DNA of 64,000 nucleotides, taken from positions 7,495,808 through 7,559,807 of the forward strand of contig OZ316891.1 of assembly GCA_973895155.1 (NCBI GenBank), written 5' to 3'. Of the stretch, positions 1 to 12,095 are shown piece after piece; within the stretch, counting starts at the first letter, position 1; every line of letters begins with the position of its first letter. The position numbers were made by a program, and so were the translations under genes. Under the pieces are notes generated by a model. It was given only the letters and a program-made list of their open reading frames with translations. It searched no databases and had not been told where the DNA came from. This DNA is from Marsupella aquatica (lineage: Eukaryota; Plantae; Marchantiophyta).

Positions 1-1474
1 GGAACCTGGAACTCATTATTGTAAAGCAGGCTTCATTATAAAAACACAGACTCAGCTTCTATTTACAGTCGGAATTTATTCTCGATCTAATTTAGATATA
101 TCAGAGCTGGGATGGAAGAGTAGAATGATACAGAATTCTCCCTGGACATAACTTGTATATGCACAACAATGGCTTAGCTTGAATTCTACATACCTTGAAC
201 TATAAGTTAATTCAAGGATCGAGATTTCGCATTCCACGATCCAGCAGTTGTGTGGACCTCGGGTGAGGTCAGCTTCGCAGCTCGTTAGCTGCAACTTACT
301 TGCTCCTTGAGGTCGCATGCCGGACCTCCCCTGCGTGTCTAGCTAGCCGCAGTGAGCTTGATCAGGGCGAGTCGCAGGGCCACCTGGTGTTCTCAAGTGA
401 AGTCATCAGAAAGCTCATTTCGGGCTAGAAAATTCGGTTTGAAGCATCACGTTACTCGTACTCGCAGCTGACGGCTTTCGCCCTCTTTCTCCATTCGGAG
501 CTCTCTTTTACCATGCAGAGATCGAGGCAGAAATGATCGAATTCCACACAAATCTTATACACACTGAAAGTGTTTACTCCGTCCCTACATGTATGTGCGA
601 GAAAGATCAGCGTCATTCTTCAAGCTGCCTCCTTTCTTACGGTAGCTAGGACTCAAAGTACCTTCGTCGCTCGATTGATCGTCCAACTACCCTCGACCGA
701 GATGTGATCGATTACCAACACTACTACCGTCACGACGTAGTTGCTCGATAGATCATCCATACCGTCGACCGAGATGTGCTGATTTTTTACCAACACTTCA
801 TCTGGTGGGATGACTAATTAATCGCCCTGACATACACGAGGTAGGTTTCCCAATGCAAGCCGGATTATTATGTTCAATTCGCAACTTCATCATTGCTCGG
901 AGCTGAATTGTCGTTCTCCCGATTATTTTCCATGAGACTTCCATCATCACTTGTGGATAGTTCAGCACTTTAGCCGGAGGTGTCACCCTGTACACATTCT
1001 CCGGTTCCGACAGTCAGGTACCTGGAACCCCGAGACAACGCCTAAACATTGACAAATTCAAAGCTTGAGTTCTGAACCACTGAGCTCAGTCTTCGATCAA
1101 CAAAGATAAGGGGTTGACGCCCTCACGAAGTTACCGGACTCTAATGGATTCCTACCATGGCCATTAAATAAGACTGTTGACTCTCCAGCCAGATAGCCAG
1201 AAGAAGCTAACATCTGGTCTCGTACTACATAATAATTTGCATACGGTAGCCACCAGCTTTTGTGGTAGACTCTCGGCAGCTATTCTAGCTAAAGGAGTTG
1301 CGATTACAGGACTCAGTCCGGCCTTTCCTGAGTACCTCAAATTAATGACGAACCTGCATAATCATGATGTCTGGCTCAATGAGTCGGTTTGGTCACTGGT
1401 AAAACGTCGTAGACCAGCTGCACTAGCGCAGTACCTCAATGAACATCAAGTTAGCACAATCAATACATGTTACA
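1..1474. mobile_element. Possible LTR retrotransposon long terminal repeat or non-coding end (truncated by window edge)
   Basis: Non-coding block with internal short duplications (cgaccgagatgtg...taccaacact at ~694 and ~766). It ends in TGTTACA at 1468-1474, a typical LTR terminus, with an abrupt switch to a different repeat. No gag/pol ORF is visible. Confidence 0.3.
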
Positions 1475-1475
1475 A

Positions 1476-1630
1476 ATAAATCAACCTAGAGTTGGGGTCT
1501 AGGTTTATACAGCAAGATAAATCAATCTAGAGTTGGGGTCTAGGTTGGGTCTAGGTTTATAGAGTAAAATAAATAAACCTAAAGTTGGGGTCTAGGCTTA
1601 TAGAGGAACCTCTAGCCCTGAACCTCTAGG
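1476..1630. repeat. Short tandem repeat (aaatcaacctagagttggggtctaggtttat) x3
   Basis: Three to four degenerate ~40-bp copies are visible directly. Confidence 0.75.
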
Positions 1631-4600
1631 GGTCTTACCAAAATTATGTTCATAGAAAGAAAGATGGGATTTATGTATCTAAGGAAATGTGTATGATGTT
1701 TTTATCATCATGTCTATTGACTGTACATTCATGCTCAAAAATACTGAAAATCTGAGTCTGTGCAAGAAACTCTCCTGTGGGTCCTTTTTAGTAAAACTTG
1801 CAAAAACATTTACAATGGGTACTTCAGCAATATTCTTAGAATTTTGCTGTATAGCACTGATAGACTTATCACTGTTGACTTTGTGTCAAATAATAAAAGA
1901 ACTGAAGTAGCAGTAGGAGAAATGGAATTGCGCTGTCCTTTGTAAGGTAAAGATATTAACAGGTTTTGCACCCCCTTCTCCAATTTCACTTCCCCTATCC
2001 CCATTTCCACTCCCACCCTCAACTTCAGTAATGTCCAAAGTCACAGTATGAAGCTTCACTTTAAGACTGTCATACGCATTAGTGAATATGTTTTGATACA
2101 AGTATATAATTGATTGGTCTTGTTTTGTACTCAACTGAACATCAAAAGATTGGTCTTTCAGGTTATTTCTTTCATAAACTCAAAATGTTCACAGCAGAGT
2201 CAGGACTCTGTCCAAGGCCCCTTCATATCAACCCATTTTGAGCTAAGTTGAGATTGTGAATAATTTGCCAACTACAAAAAACAAAGTGTTGAGTGTGCAA
2301 CCCACAAGAGAATGTGTCCTTAGGTGTCTAAGTGTGTTTACTTGGTCTCAGCAAAACAGCTTAGTATTAGGCACCTATATGATTTTCGTTTGTATTGTGT
2401 GAATGAATTGAACTGGAGATTGCCTCGAGGAGGGAATGTATGTGGGACCCATCTAATGTTTATTTACACATTCATAAATTTATGGGAACCCTTAGATCTG
2501 ACCTCCAGCTATATATATATAAAGAAAAGGCTTTCTTTAATTAAAGGGCAAAGGAAAGACTTTCATATGACAATCAAAACTTAATTCATAATGATTAAAA
2601 AATGCTCATTTTGAGCAGGTTAGCTGGTTTCTCTGTAAGGGGAAGTCAAATTTAAAGCCTAAACCCATTAGCTTCAGGCGGGGCCTCAGGTCATTACACA
2701 ACTGCACTAGATGTGGACCATTAGCTCATCACACCATTGCACTGGTAGATTTTAATTTTGTTACTTTATTGCACTAGATGTGGGCCAGTACTCTGGGAAC
2801 ATTAGTGTCTTCATCTTTTAGTTTTATTTTGATGTTTTGGGGGTTTGCAACTCCTTTTAAACTTGGTATTTGTACCAGTCTCTAGATCTCTTTTGCTTCA
2901 CTCCATCCATTAGGGGATTCTAACCTCAAAACTTGATGTACCTTAACTACTAGGTTAATTAATGTTTAGGACCAAAAAGTTATAGACTGCCAGATTCATA
3001 ATTCATAACTTTTAGCCATAAAGAATGATTATATGCCATGATCATAAGTCACCATCAAGGTTAGTAAAATAAACTTCAAAACCTTTTACAGAAACCTATG
3101 TAAAAAGTTATAGCCATTTCTTTATGGCCCAAAGGCCATCACCTGTAACGTTTGAGACTCTATACAGTAATGTGTTTTGCCCATTTTAGAAAATTGGTCC
3201 ATGTTGCAGTTGGCTCCCATGGATTGGGCCAAGTTGTAGTCAAGGTAGCACTGTACTTAAGGAGGAGGCCTCTCATTACCCAGTGGATCCTTTTTACCAG
3301 TGTGCTTTGAAGGTATTTGGGGCTCGTCACCCTGTCTTTGACTGTTTCCCAGGTGCCTGTGCAATTTTTGGCATAGAGCATAATTAGGCCATGTCCCAAG
3401 TCTCTGTCAACGTCCTCACTGCCAGTTAAGATTGAATTTAATTTAAATAAATGAAATTGAAAACATTGAATATATAGATCAAAATTTAAAATAGATATCA
3501 TGAATCTAAAAAACAAAAAAGAGAAAATTTATTGAAATACTACCTCTTGTTGCTTCACCATGCTTGGACACAATGTTGTGGCGACTATTACCCTTCTTGC
3601 ATCCTCATGCCCTCTCCCTCGCCCGGTTCGCCAACAACAACACTTGCACAAGAACGTTAACCAAAATGACAACATTTTTGCAACAACATTTACCCAACCA
3701 AACAAGGAGACTTTTGCACCCACAAACATGTCTGCGCAAATGACACAATAGGAGAAATAACACTTCTTGCTTCACTGTTGAGCATGGACTTGCCGTTGCG
3801 ATTGTCCCTCCCTATCTCTCAACTGGCTCCATAACATTGAGCCTGAGTTCCTACTATCCAAGCAAACACCGCTTGGGTATAGGGTATGCACAACATGACT
3901 AACCTAACCTAGTCTGCGACTAAGGTTAGGCCTAACTGCGGTACAATCGTAACTCTAGACCTAAAAGTAAATCCTAACACTCACTTGCAATTTTTATCTC
4001 ATGTCAAAATTTGTATGCAACTCATGGTCGGGTATTGTTGCGCCAACAACCACATGAACATAATAACCGCGTGGTCACAATGACACATATTCCTCATCTG
4101 CAATTGCCTCATCTTGACATTTCCATGCCATGCATAGGTATTGTCGCACCAATGACAACATTTTTGCAATGACAATCATGTAATGCATGGACAAGGGGCT
4201 ATCAAACACTTCAATGTGCAATAAAGTTTTTGTCTGGGCATTGTTTGTTTTCCAAAAATGGCAGGTATGGATTGTGGCTGTCCATTGAAAAAATAAAATT
4301 TCATCATTGTGTGACTGGAAAAAAAACACCTCTTTGCAACCCTGCCTCCCATATGCATATCACAGTGCGGTTGGGTATGCATGTGAGATTGCATTGTCAG
4401 TTTTGTTTATATCTTCCTTTGTACACCCCTTGGGCATAATGAACGCTCTGATCCTAAGTATGGAGATAGAACCTTGGATTGAACAACATGGCATCATAGT
4501 TTTCTAAGCATATTGTGCATTATGATTGACATATATTTTTATTATTCTTCAACTCATTTCTACACACTAAACTTGCACGCCTGATAACACGGCCGCAATG

Positions 4601-5109
4601 ACAACATGGCCGCAATGACAACATGACCGCCAATTGGTCAATTCTGTAGTTTTGAAGATGTGCTAGAGGAGTAGGTAAGTTACACTTCCATAAAAGTGAC
4701 AGTAGATTTTTGGCCATTTTGGTTGAGTTATTCATCATAGAATGCAGAGGGCTTTAATTCTATTACATTAATTTGCATTGTGTTAATTTGAAATATTAGT
4801 GCTTAGTGTTTTTTACGTATCAAAAATAAAATAAGAGAGTTTTAAAATGGTCTTAAAATGATTATGAGTCTTAAAACCAAAGACCCAAAGATAAGTTTAT
4901 CACGAGTGAAATTTTGAAATACAAATTTTAATTACTTTGCCACTAAAATGTTCAATTTGATAATAATGCCATGGTTTTTTGGGGTTTTTACAAATATGTA
5001 AATTTTGTATAAAGATATAAGTTTAATTAACAAAGACAGTAATGAAGTATGAAAAGTTTAACAAAGTAATAAGGGTATACCTTGATATATTTACAAACTA
5101 GAATTTTAG

Positions 5110-5480
5110 GAACTTAAAGCCAAGATAGACACAAACCTTTGAGAAAAAGCCCCGATGGACAAACACAACCTGGATGGACACAGAACAAACCTAAGATTGT
5201 GCTTGTATAACACGCTTGTCACTGATGCTCCAGTGGTGACCTGTAAGGAGCTGTCTGACCGGGAGTAGGAGGTTTTTGGTTGTTTCTTCCCGTAGTCTGT
5301 CCAGGCAGGAGCAACGGAGGAGGTTAAAGACTTAACGTACTGTCTAAACCTCGGTTAGCTTCCGTTCATAAGACACCTGTAATCCATTTTGGGTGTCATT
5401 AGGGTTATAGTGTCAACAGGCTATGTCCATCCGGGTTGTCCCTACAAACATTTGTGTCAGTCTATCCAGGCTTTAAGTTC
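5110..5480. mobile_element. Mutator-like (MULE) MITE, 371 bp
   Basis: TIRs GAACTTAAAGCC.../...GGCTTTAAGTTC, extending imperfectly. Identical 10-bp flanks AGAATTTTAG at 5100-5109 and 5481-5490 form a TSD typical of Mutator. Confidence 0.85.
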
Positions 5481-5739
5481 AGAATTTTAGTGGCAAAGAT
5501 GTTTTGGAAAATAATAAAGGGTATGCTCTTTGAGCCACCACAAAATTTGTAGTCTAATGGCAATAGGGTGTGCGCTCTTTTTTCTTTTCTTGAAAGGAGT
5601 ACTTTACTTATGAGAAAAATAAAACCCAATAAAAACCGGGAGTAAAAAGGCCAGGCCAAAAAAGACTGAAGGCCAGAGACCACTCAACAACCAGACACGT
5701 CCAGAAGAGAGGGCAAAGGAAACAAAAGGACAAGTGTAA

Positions 5740-5915
5740 ACCCTGGTGTCATACCCTGGTTGAGTAGACAGCAAGAGCGCTTTCACATACCCTGGTGTCA
5801 TACCCTGGTGTCTACTGTATTCACATACCCTGGTGTCTACTGTATTCACATACCCTAGTGTCTACTGTATGCACATACCTTCGTCACGATATCCGTGACA
5901 ACTGTATTCACATAC
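5740..5915. repeat. Minisatellite, ~26-bp unit (cataccctggtgtctactgtattca)
   Basis: About 5-6 degenerate tandem copies. Confidence 0.8.
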
Positions 5916-5918
5916 TTT

Positions 5919-6473
5919 GCCACGTTTTGCCTGAGCTTCGAAAGAATCGAAAGGAGTGCGGTCGCTGGGTGGCACGCGGTTTTCCAGAGACAGGAGGACT
6001 GGACTTCCGAAGAATCTACAGTTCTTTTCAGAATTGCAGGCGTTGTAATCTTATCTACAGTACCAATTCCTGAGTTTGCAAGGGAAGAACGAGAGCACGA
6101 GAGTCGTGCTTCGTCATCGAGGAGGTCGTCATTTGGTATGCTGGATCTCATGACTCGTTGATTTGTCTTCACAGCTTCTTTGAGTTTGGAACGATTGTCT
6201 TGTTTGATTTGTCATTTGTCTTGTCATTTGGTATGCTGGATCTCATGACTCGTTGATTTCTCTTCACAGCTTCTTTGAGTTTGGAACGATTGTCTTGTTT
6301 GATTTGTCATTTGTCTTCAGGCTCTGAGGTGGGAAGGATATTGTTCTCGTTGAGTTGAGTTGATTTGATTTTATCTGATTTGTTTTGCTTTGTTTCGTTT
6401 GATGAGTGAGTGAAGTTGTTTCAATCGAGCGGAACTGCTTTTGATCTGAATTGAGCCTTTGTCCTCGGTCGGT
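5919..6473 (+). promoter_or_regulatory. Candidate ABA/dehydration elements upstream of the dehydrin-like gene
   Basis: ABRE ACGTGGC (reverse, 5919-5925), CE3-like CACGCG (5973-5978) and DRE/CRT ACCGAC (reverse, 6468-6473). These motifs are short, so chance occurrence is possible. Confidence 0.35.
6128..6318. repeat. Direct tandem duplication of ~95 bp
   Basis: gtcatttggtatgctggatctc...gtcatttgtctt occurs twice, nearly identical. Confidence 0.9.
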
Positions 6474-6602
6474 CGGATAGGGGAACGGATACTACAGGTT
6501 TAACCACTTTCCAGCAGTGATCGAGATTGAGGGCACGACATTTGTGTCTTGCTGGTGGAAAATCCTAATCCGAGACAGGGAAGTTTAGCTCGGAGAAGGG
6601 AC

Positions 6603-7388
6603 ATGGCGTCTAGCGACAATGCCATCAAGATAGTCGACTCAGCGGATGTGGAAGACGAAGGTGCCTTGGTTAAGGTTGATACCGTTGAAAAAGGCAAGCA
6701 GCCTCACCCACACTCTGCTACTTGAATTTGTGTCGATCGACTGTTGCATGCAAAAACCCTTTGCTTTCATTTCCTTTGAAGTCGTTCAATGTCGCTGCTC
6801 GCATGTCCTGCAATCTCTGGGGCCGGCAGGAAGAAAGCACTTTCTGTCTTTTGGACTGGGATGTAGAGAGATGGAGTGAAGCTCCGAAGTAGTGGATTGT
6901 CAGTCCAGAAATCTTGGCTCACCGTTTTTGCAAGGACATTGCAAATTAGGAAGTGGCATGTAATATTTGTTGCCGATTTGTCTGTATATAAATATATTAG
7001 GTCTCGATAACTGACCATTTCCACCCCCCCCCCCCCCCCCCCCTTTCAAAGTGAGGGAGGGGCGTGGGCTACACCATGCTCGCGCGGCGCGGCACCGGAG
7101 CGTAATTTACATGAAGAATTTTTGAGCCTGATATCAGCTTTCTCTGCAGGTTCTCTGTTCTCGTTTCTGACGGGTTCGAAAAAGGACGAAGGCGAAGAAG
7201 TGAAGATAGAACATCCAAGGCATGGTTCGAATTCGGAGAAGAAAGAGCACGAGCACGAGCACAGCTCCCACCACAAGGAAGTGGTTCATGACGGAGAGGG
7301 AATCAGGTCAACGTACGACGTCGAGGAAGACGTTCCCCCGTCCCTCTTGGAGCAGCTGAAAAGGAAGTTTCATTGGAATGGACGATGA
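6603..7388 (+). CDS. Small hydrophilic His-rich dehydrin-like protein (~109 aa, 2 exons)
   Basis: Exon 1 6603-6693 (MASSDNAIKIVDSADVEDEGALVKVDTVEK) joins in frame to the acceptor ctttctctgcag|7150, via the GC donor AAG|GCAAG or the alternative GT donor at 6661. EKGSLFSFLTGSKK resembles the dehydrin F-segment and SLLEQLKRKF a degenerate K-segment. The sequence is rich in E/K/H. Confidence 0.65.
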
Positions 7389-8068
7389 ATGAAACCTCTG
7401 GACCAGACCACAGGCCTCTAATGTTTGACGATATGGGACGCTCCCGGTTGTCAGGCGGAGGAGCACAAGATCCTCAAGATAGGACTGCTTGTGAAAGGGA
7501 ATATGGAGGCCTCTGACAGTTTCATTGAGACTGTGTAAATAGTTTATAACAGGTTACCAGAGATGGTTTTTGGGGGATGTCGACTCGGCAATTCGCTCGC
7601 AGCCACCGCAGGAAGATGCACTAGATGCTGTGATAGATTAGACCGGCTTCTTAGAAGAAATTTCCACCATGACCCCGCAGTGTGACCGGAACACCCCTTC
7701 CTCTTTCCTGCATCTGGATCCTTGGATTCTACGATGGCCCCACCGGTTTCGGATCTCCTCTTCCTCTTCCGTAGATGTTGGACCTGGACCTGGATCTGTG
7801 GTGGTGGTGCTCGTGGTGCTCGTTTGTCAGTTCGCGAAGGGGACCGACAAACCTTTTCGCTTTGTATATATTATAATTATGAACTGGCGCTTGCTTCTCT
7901 TTCAATTAGTAGACTAGTCACATGCTCCACTGAATGTACTTGTTGGCATCGATAGTGGCAATTCGACCAACGACAGGATTTCCCTGAGCTGAGCTGTTGT
8001 AGGGTGCCTTCTGAGTGGATGTATTTCTCAAAAAGAACTCACGGGAAAATGTAGCAGTTCCAGTCGCT

Positions 8069-8233
8069 GTTTTCCTACGTTTTTACATTTGATGTGTGTT
8101 CCCTATTTTCTTGATTGTTCTGTCAAATAGAATGCTCCCACTTTTACTGGTTTTCCTACGTTTTTACATTTGATGTGTGTTCCCTATTTTTTTGTTTGTT
8201 CTGTCAAATAGAATGCTCCCACTTTTACTGGTT
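8069..8233. repeat. Direct tandem duplication of ~81 bp
   Basis: gttttcctacgtttttacatttg...cttttactggttt occurs twice. Confidence 0.9.
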
Positions 8234-10633
8234 TAGCTCTAAGCTGTTGTCTTGAGGGAGGTTTGCGCCGACTGTTAGGTGTTTGTTTTCACAGCATTGA
8301 ACGCCAATTTACTCGGTTTAGCCCTCTGTTACAAAAATATATGCTTCGTGTCATCGTGCTAGCCATCAAGATTTCTGGAATCGAGATTCACAGTACGGAT
8401 TATTGCACCCAGACAGCGTGCATTGAGTTCGAAACAATAACGAGTACTTCGAATAGTGCATTTCGTGTCGGTATGTCTCTAAGGTAGATGATAAGACATG
8501 CAGCCGTTTTAATTCACCCCGATGTCATTTCCTTTGCAGGAGAGCTGAGTCTCGGGGGGCCATGAAATCCTTGTAAAATGCCATTGATTCACATCTGCCC
8601 TGAGTCGACCACGCCATTCAGATTAGCTGATCCGACACATTGCTCGCATCGAATTCTAGTGGTGGAAAAAGGTGGAAAAGTAGTAATTAAACTGACATAG
8701 TGGCGAAATGTGTATTGCAACAGTGTAGTAGATCTTTGAGCCAGTCTCCAAATCTACACAGGCTCACTTTGGGTACCAAAATAAGGAAATCAAACCAAAA
8801 TCAATGTGAAGTTTTATGGGGCCGTTTTGAAATCCTTGAAATGTTGTTCTCATACATGACATACTTTTTGCATCCGCCGAAAGATAATATATAACTACTG
8901 AGGACAGGTTTGACAGGAATTTCTCTACTAAGATGCTTTACATCATTACAAGAACGGTTTCCTCAAACCTTCATAGCCAAGTCTGTTTAACGCGCACTGT
9001 CCCACACGTAGCCAATCCGGCAGAATAGAAAACACAAGAAGGAAGGTTTCACTGGCAGGAGACAAATGGACATTAATCAGGAAAATAGAACCCACCGAAC
9101 TTTGTCCTCACGCAATTTTTTTCTCCACCCAGCCCTGAACATTAAATAGGAAAATGGAACCGACCGAACTTCGTCATCAGGCAATTTTTTTCTCCACCCA
9201 GCCCTGAATCGCAGTAAACATGACATTCCACATAATATCGGGAAACCACGTCCGGCATTGTCATAGCAAGAGAGTTGTGAAATTGAAGCAAACCATGAGA
9301 GTAAAATTGCACTTGATATCATATTTAGAGGTAGTCACTACTTGAAACAAGTTAATTTTGACCCTTCCTACCGAAAACCGGATTGCAATCGCCCAGAAAT
9401 CTTGACCCTTTCCTCAGGAAGAGGTTCCAAGATTCAAATTTAAGAACCACGGGATGTTTACATAGAACATTGAAAACACACATTCATATCAACTGACATC
9501 CGGAGCCATTTCATCAACTTTACAATGCTCCTAAGCTGGATGCAAACACACAAACGATATCTACGGCGGCCACTGAACCCACACAACACTTCATCTGACC
9601 TAATGAAACTAGGAGCCAACGTAAGTAAACCCTTAGCCCCAATTCAAACGAACTTGAACAATATTGCCGAGAGAAATACAAAAGATCTTCGGAGAACGTG
9701 GGCTCATACTGGCCACGCGGAAAGCACTGCTCTTCGAAACAAAACGAGCCACGTTTCAATCTAAGGGCTCATAACTACTGCAGATTTCAGAGAAGACCAC
9801 CCTCGCCAACGGACCCGGCACCGGGAACTTCCGTGAGGTAAAATGCACAGAGAACGAAGCAAAAGAAGATGTTGATACTCATTGCCACCATTTCTGTCTC
9901 CAAGTTAAGCCGTAGACAAAGCGATTTTTAGCAAGTGCACGACTTTCGATTATGCTTTCAATTAAGATCCGCTTAGAGGATGCCTTAAATCAACCACATC
10001 GCAACAAGTACGACACGAGAACTGGGAGGTTTTGATTTACTACAAGAAGTGCGTACAACACTACTTCCAACTTATATTACATTAGAGCGAGAAAGTTTTC
10101 CTATGCAAAAGATAGTGTGCCCCATACTTTCCTATCTTTGACAAAACTTCTCCGGAATAAACCACGAGACATCCACATATCACGGCCCGACCATTCATCT
10201 CCATTGCTGACGGACTCATTGTCTATAAGCCAATAAATGTACACATCAAACTCTCCAGGTTCTCACGGACATCCCGCGTCCTGCTGTCTCGTCGCCTCAA
10301 TAGCCTCCATATCCTCAATACCTCCTTTACAAGAGATTTAATATCGAAACCCTAATATTCTTCGCAGACTTGTCGTACGAGTGGCATGCAACAATCCATT
10401 AGATATGAGTGTTAAAAACAGGGGCTGCATCCTCGTCTGAAGATTTCACGATCTGTGAATGCATAGCAGCAGAGGGTGTACCACGTCACAAACAGAATCG
10501 AAAGGTAGGTATACACAAGGCGATGAGCCGGACCGTAGGGACGGTAATCCAGGCGCAATTGACGCAAGGTTCGTTACTAAAAAACAGCCCCATCTGATGT
10601 CCAACTGCCCTTTCACCTCGCCCGCTGCACATG

Positions 10634-10888
10634 TCAGCGCTTGCTTGGGGGCCCGTCTTTGAAACTCTTGGAGATTTCCCTGGTGAATGTTTCCGTGAAT
10701 TCCTTGAGCTCCTCGGCCATTTCCGCCTTCTTCTCCGCTCCCTTCTGCGCAAGGTCCTCCAGCGTCTTCGAAGACCGCACCGCGAACTGCTGGAACGACC
10801 GATTGTTCGCAAGGCGCTCCACCAGAAGTTCGTTCACCACATACTGCATCACTCTGGCGATGAAATTGCCACCTCCCCGGCCTGCCAT
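10634..10888 (-). CDS. Conserved 84-aa microprotein, NCBP2AS2-like
   Basis: Intronless ORF MAGRGGGNFIARVMQYVVNELLVERLANNRSFQQFAVRS...EFTETFTREISKSF with coding-like GC3. As recalled, it matches plant proteins starting GNFIARVISYVANE and human NCBP2AS2 (LVERLSESRPIRR...FRDAFTQEL). Confidence 0.8.
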   Translation of the reverse strand: MAGRGGGNFIARVMQYVVNELLVERLANNRSFQQFAVRSSKTLEDLAQKGAEKKAEMAEELKEFTETFTREISKSFKDGPPSKR

Positions 10889-11289
10889 GGCTCTCCCTCC
10901 CTCCGTCCCTCCCTTGCTAACCCGACCACTGTCCGATTCAGCTCTCACTTCTCCCTTCGCTACTGCACTCTGCTACGACAACCACAATCAATCTACCAAG
11001 AGCACGATCACATTTGAGAGAGAGGGAGAGGTGCAATAAACGAATGTTCTGAGCTCCGTTTCTACGCATATCCAATTCTCCGAGCGTCCTTTTCTCCACG
11101 CCCGAGAAGGGCAACTTTCTTTTGCTTCCTTGGCTTCGATGCTGCTCGTGGTGGAGGGTACCCCACAAGGCACAAGCGTCTCCTCCTCTCCTGCGCGGAT
11201 GTCACGATTCCAATTTGTGCAATTTGTGCACAAGAGAACTCGGGACAATTGCCACTGCCCCACTGCAGCACTCAGATGCCTTGTCACGC

Positions 11290-12095
11290 AAGCTTCTTCA
11301 CGTGTAATTAGGGGTCTCAAAGCTTCATACTTCCGGATCACTTATCCTGTAAATCCTATTAATAATAAATTAGGGGTCTCAAAGCTTCATACTTCCAGAT
11401 CACTTATTCGGTAAATCTTATTAATAAACATCACACATAAGCTACTTTCAAGGGCTAGGGTTTAGAGTGAAGCCTCACGTGTAATTAGGGGTCTCAGAGC
11501 ATCATACTTATGGATCACTTATCCTGTAAATCTTATTAATAAATCACAAACATAAGTTACTTTCAAGGGCTAGGGTTTAGAGTGAAGCCTCACTTATAAT
11601 TAGGGTCTCAAAGCTTCATACTTATGGATCACTTATCTAGTAAATCTTATTAATAAAAATCACAAACATAACCTACTTTCAAGGGCTAGGGTTTAGAGAA
11701 GGCCTAGTCTTAAGAGTGAAGCCTCAGGTATAATTAGGGGTCGCAAAGCTTTATACTTATGGATCACTATCCTATAAATCTTATTAATAAAAATGACATT
11801 CAAACATAAGCTACTTTCAAGGGCTAGGGTTTAGAGAAGGGCTAGGGTTTAGAGTGAAGCCTCACATATAATTAGGGGTCTCAAAGCTTCATACTTATGG
11901 AGCACTTATCTAGTAAATCTTATTAATAAATCACACACATAAGCTGCTTTCAAGGGGCTAGGATTAGAGTTAAGCCTCTAATAAATTGCGAACATAAGCT
12001 ACTTTCAAGTGCTAGGGTTTAGGTGAAGCCTCCAGACCATAACTCCATATAAGCTACTTTCAAGGGCTAGGGTTTAGAGTGAAGCCTCTAGACCA
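11290..12095. repeat. Tandem array, ~115-137-bp unit containing gggctagggtttagagtgaagcctc
   Basis: About 6 units; aattaggggtc recurs near 11307, 11483, 11598, 11733 and 11870. Confidence 0.9.

Noticed and set aside
10631-11039. Two longer plus-strand ORFs (128 and 132 aa)
   Set aside because: Antisense shadows of the GC-rich microprotein gene with no recognisable motifs.
11450-12080. Interstitial telomere array
   Set aside because: There is about one TAGGGTTTAG per unit and no run of TTTAGGG repeats.
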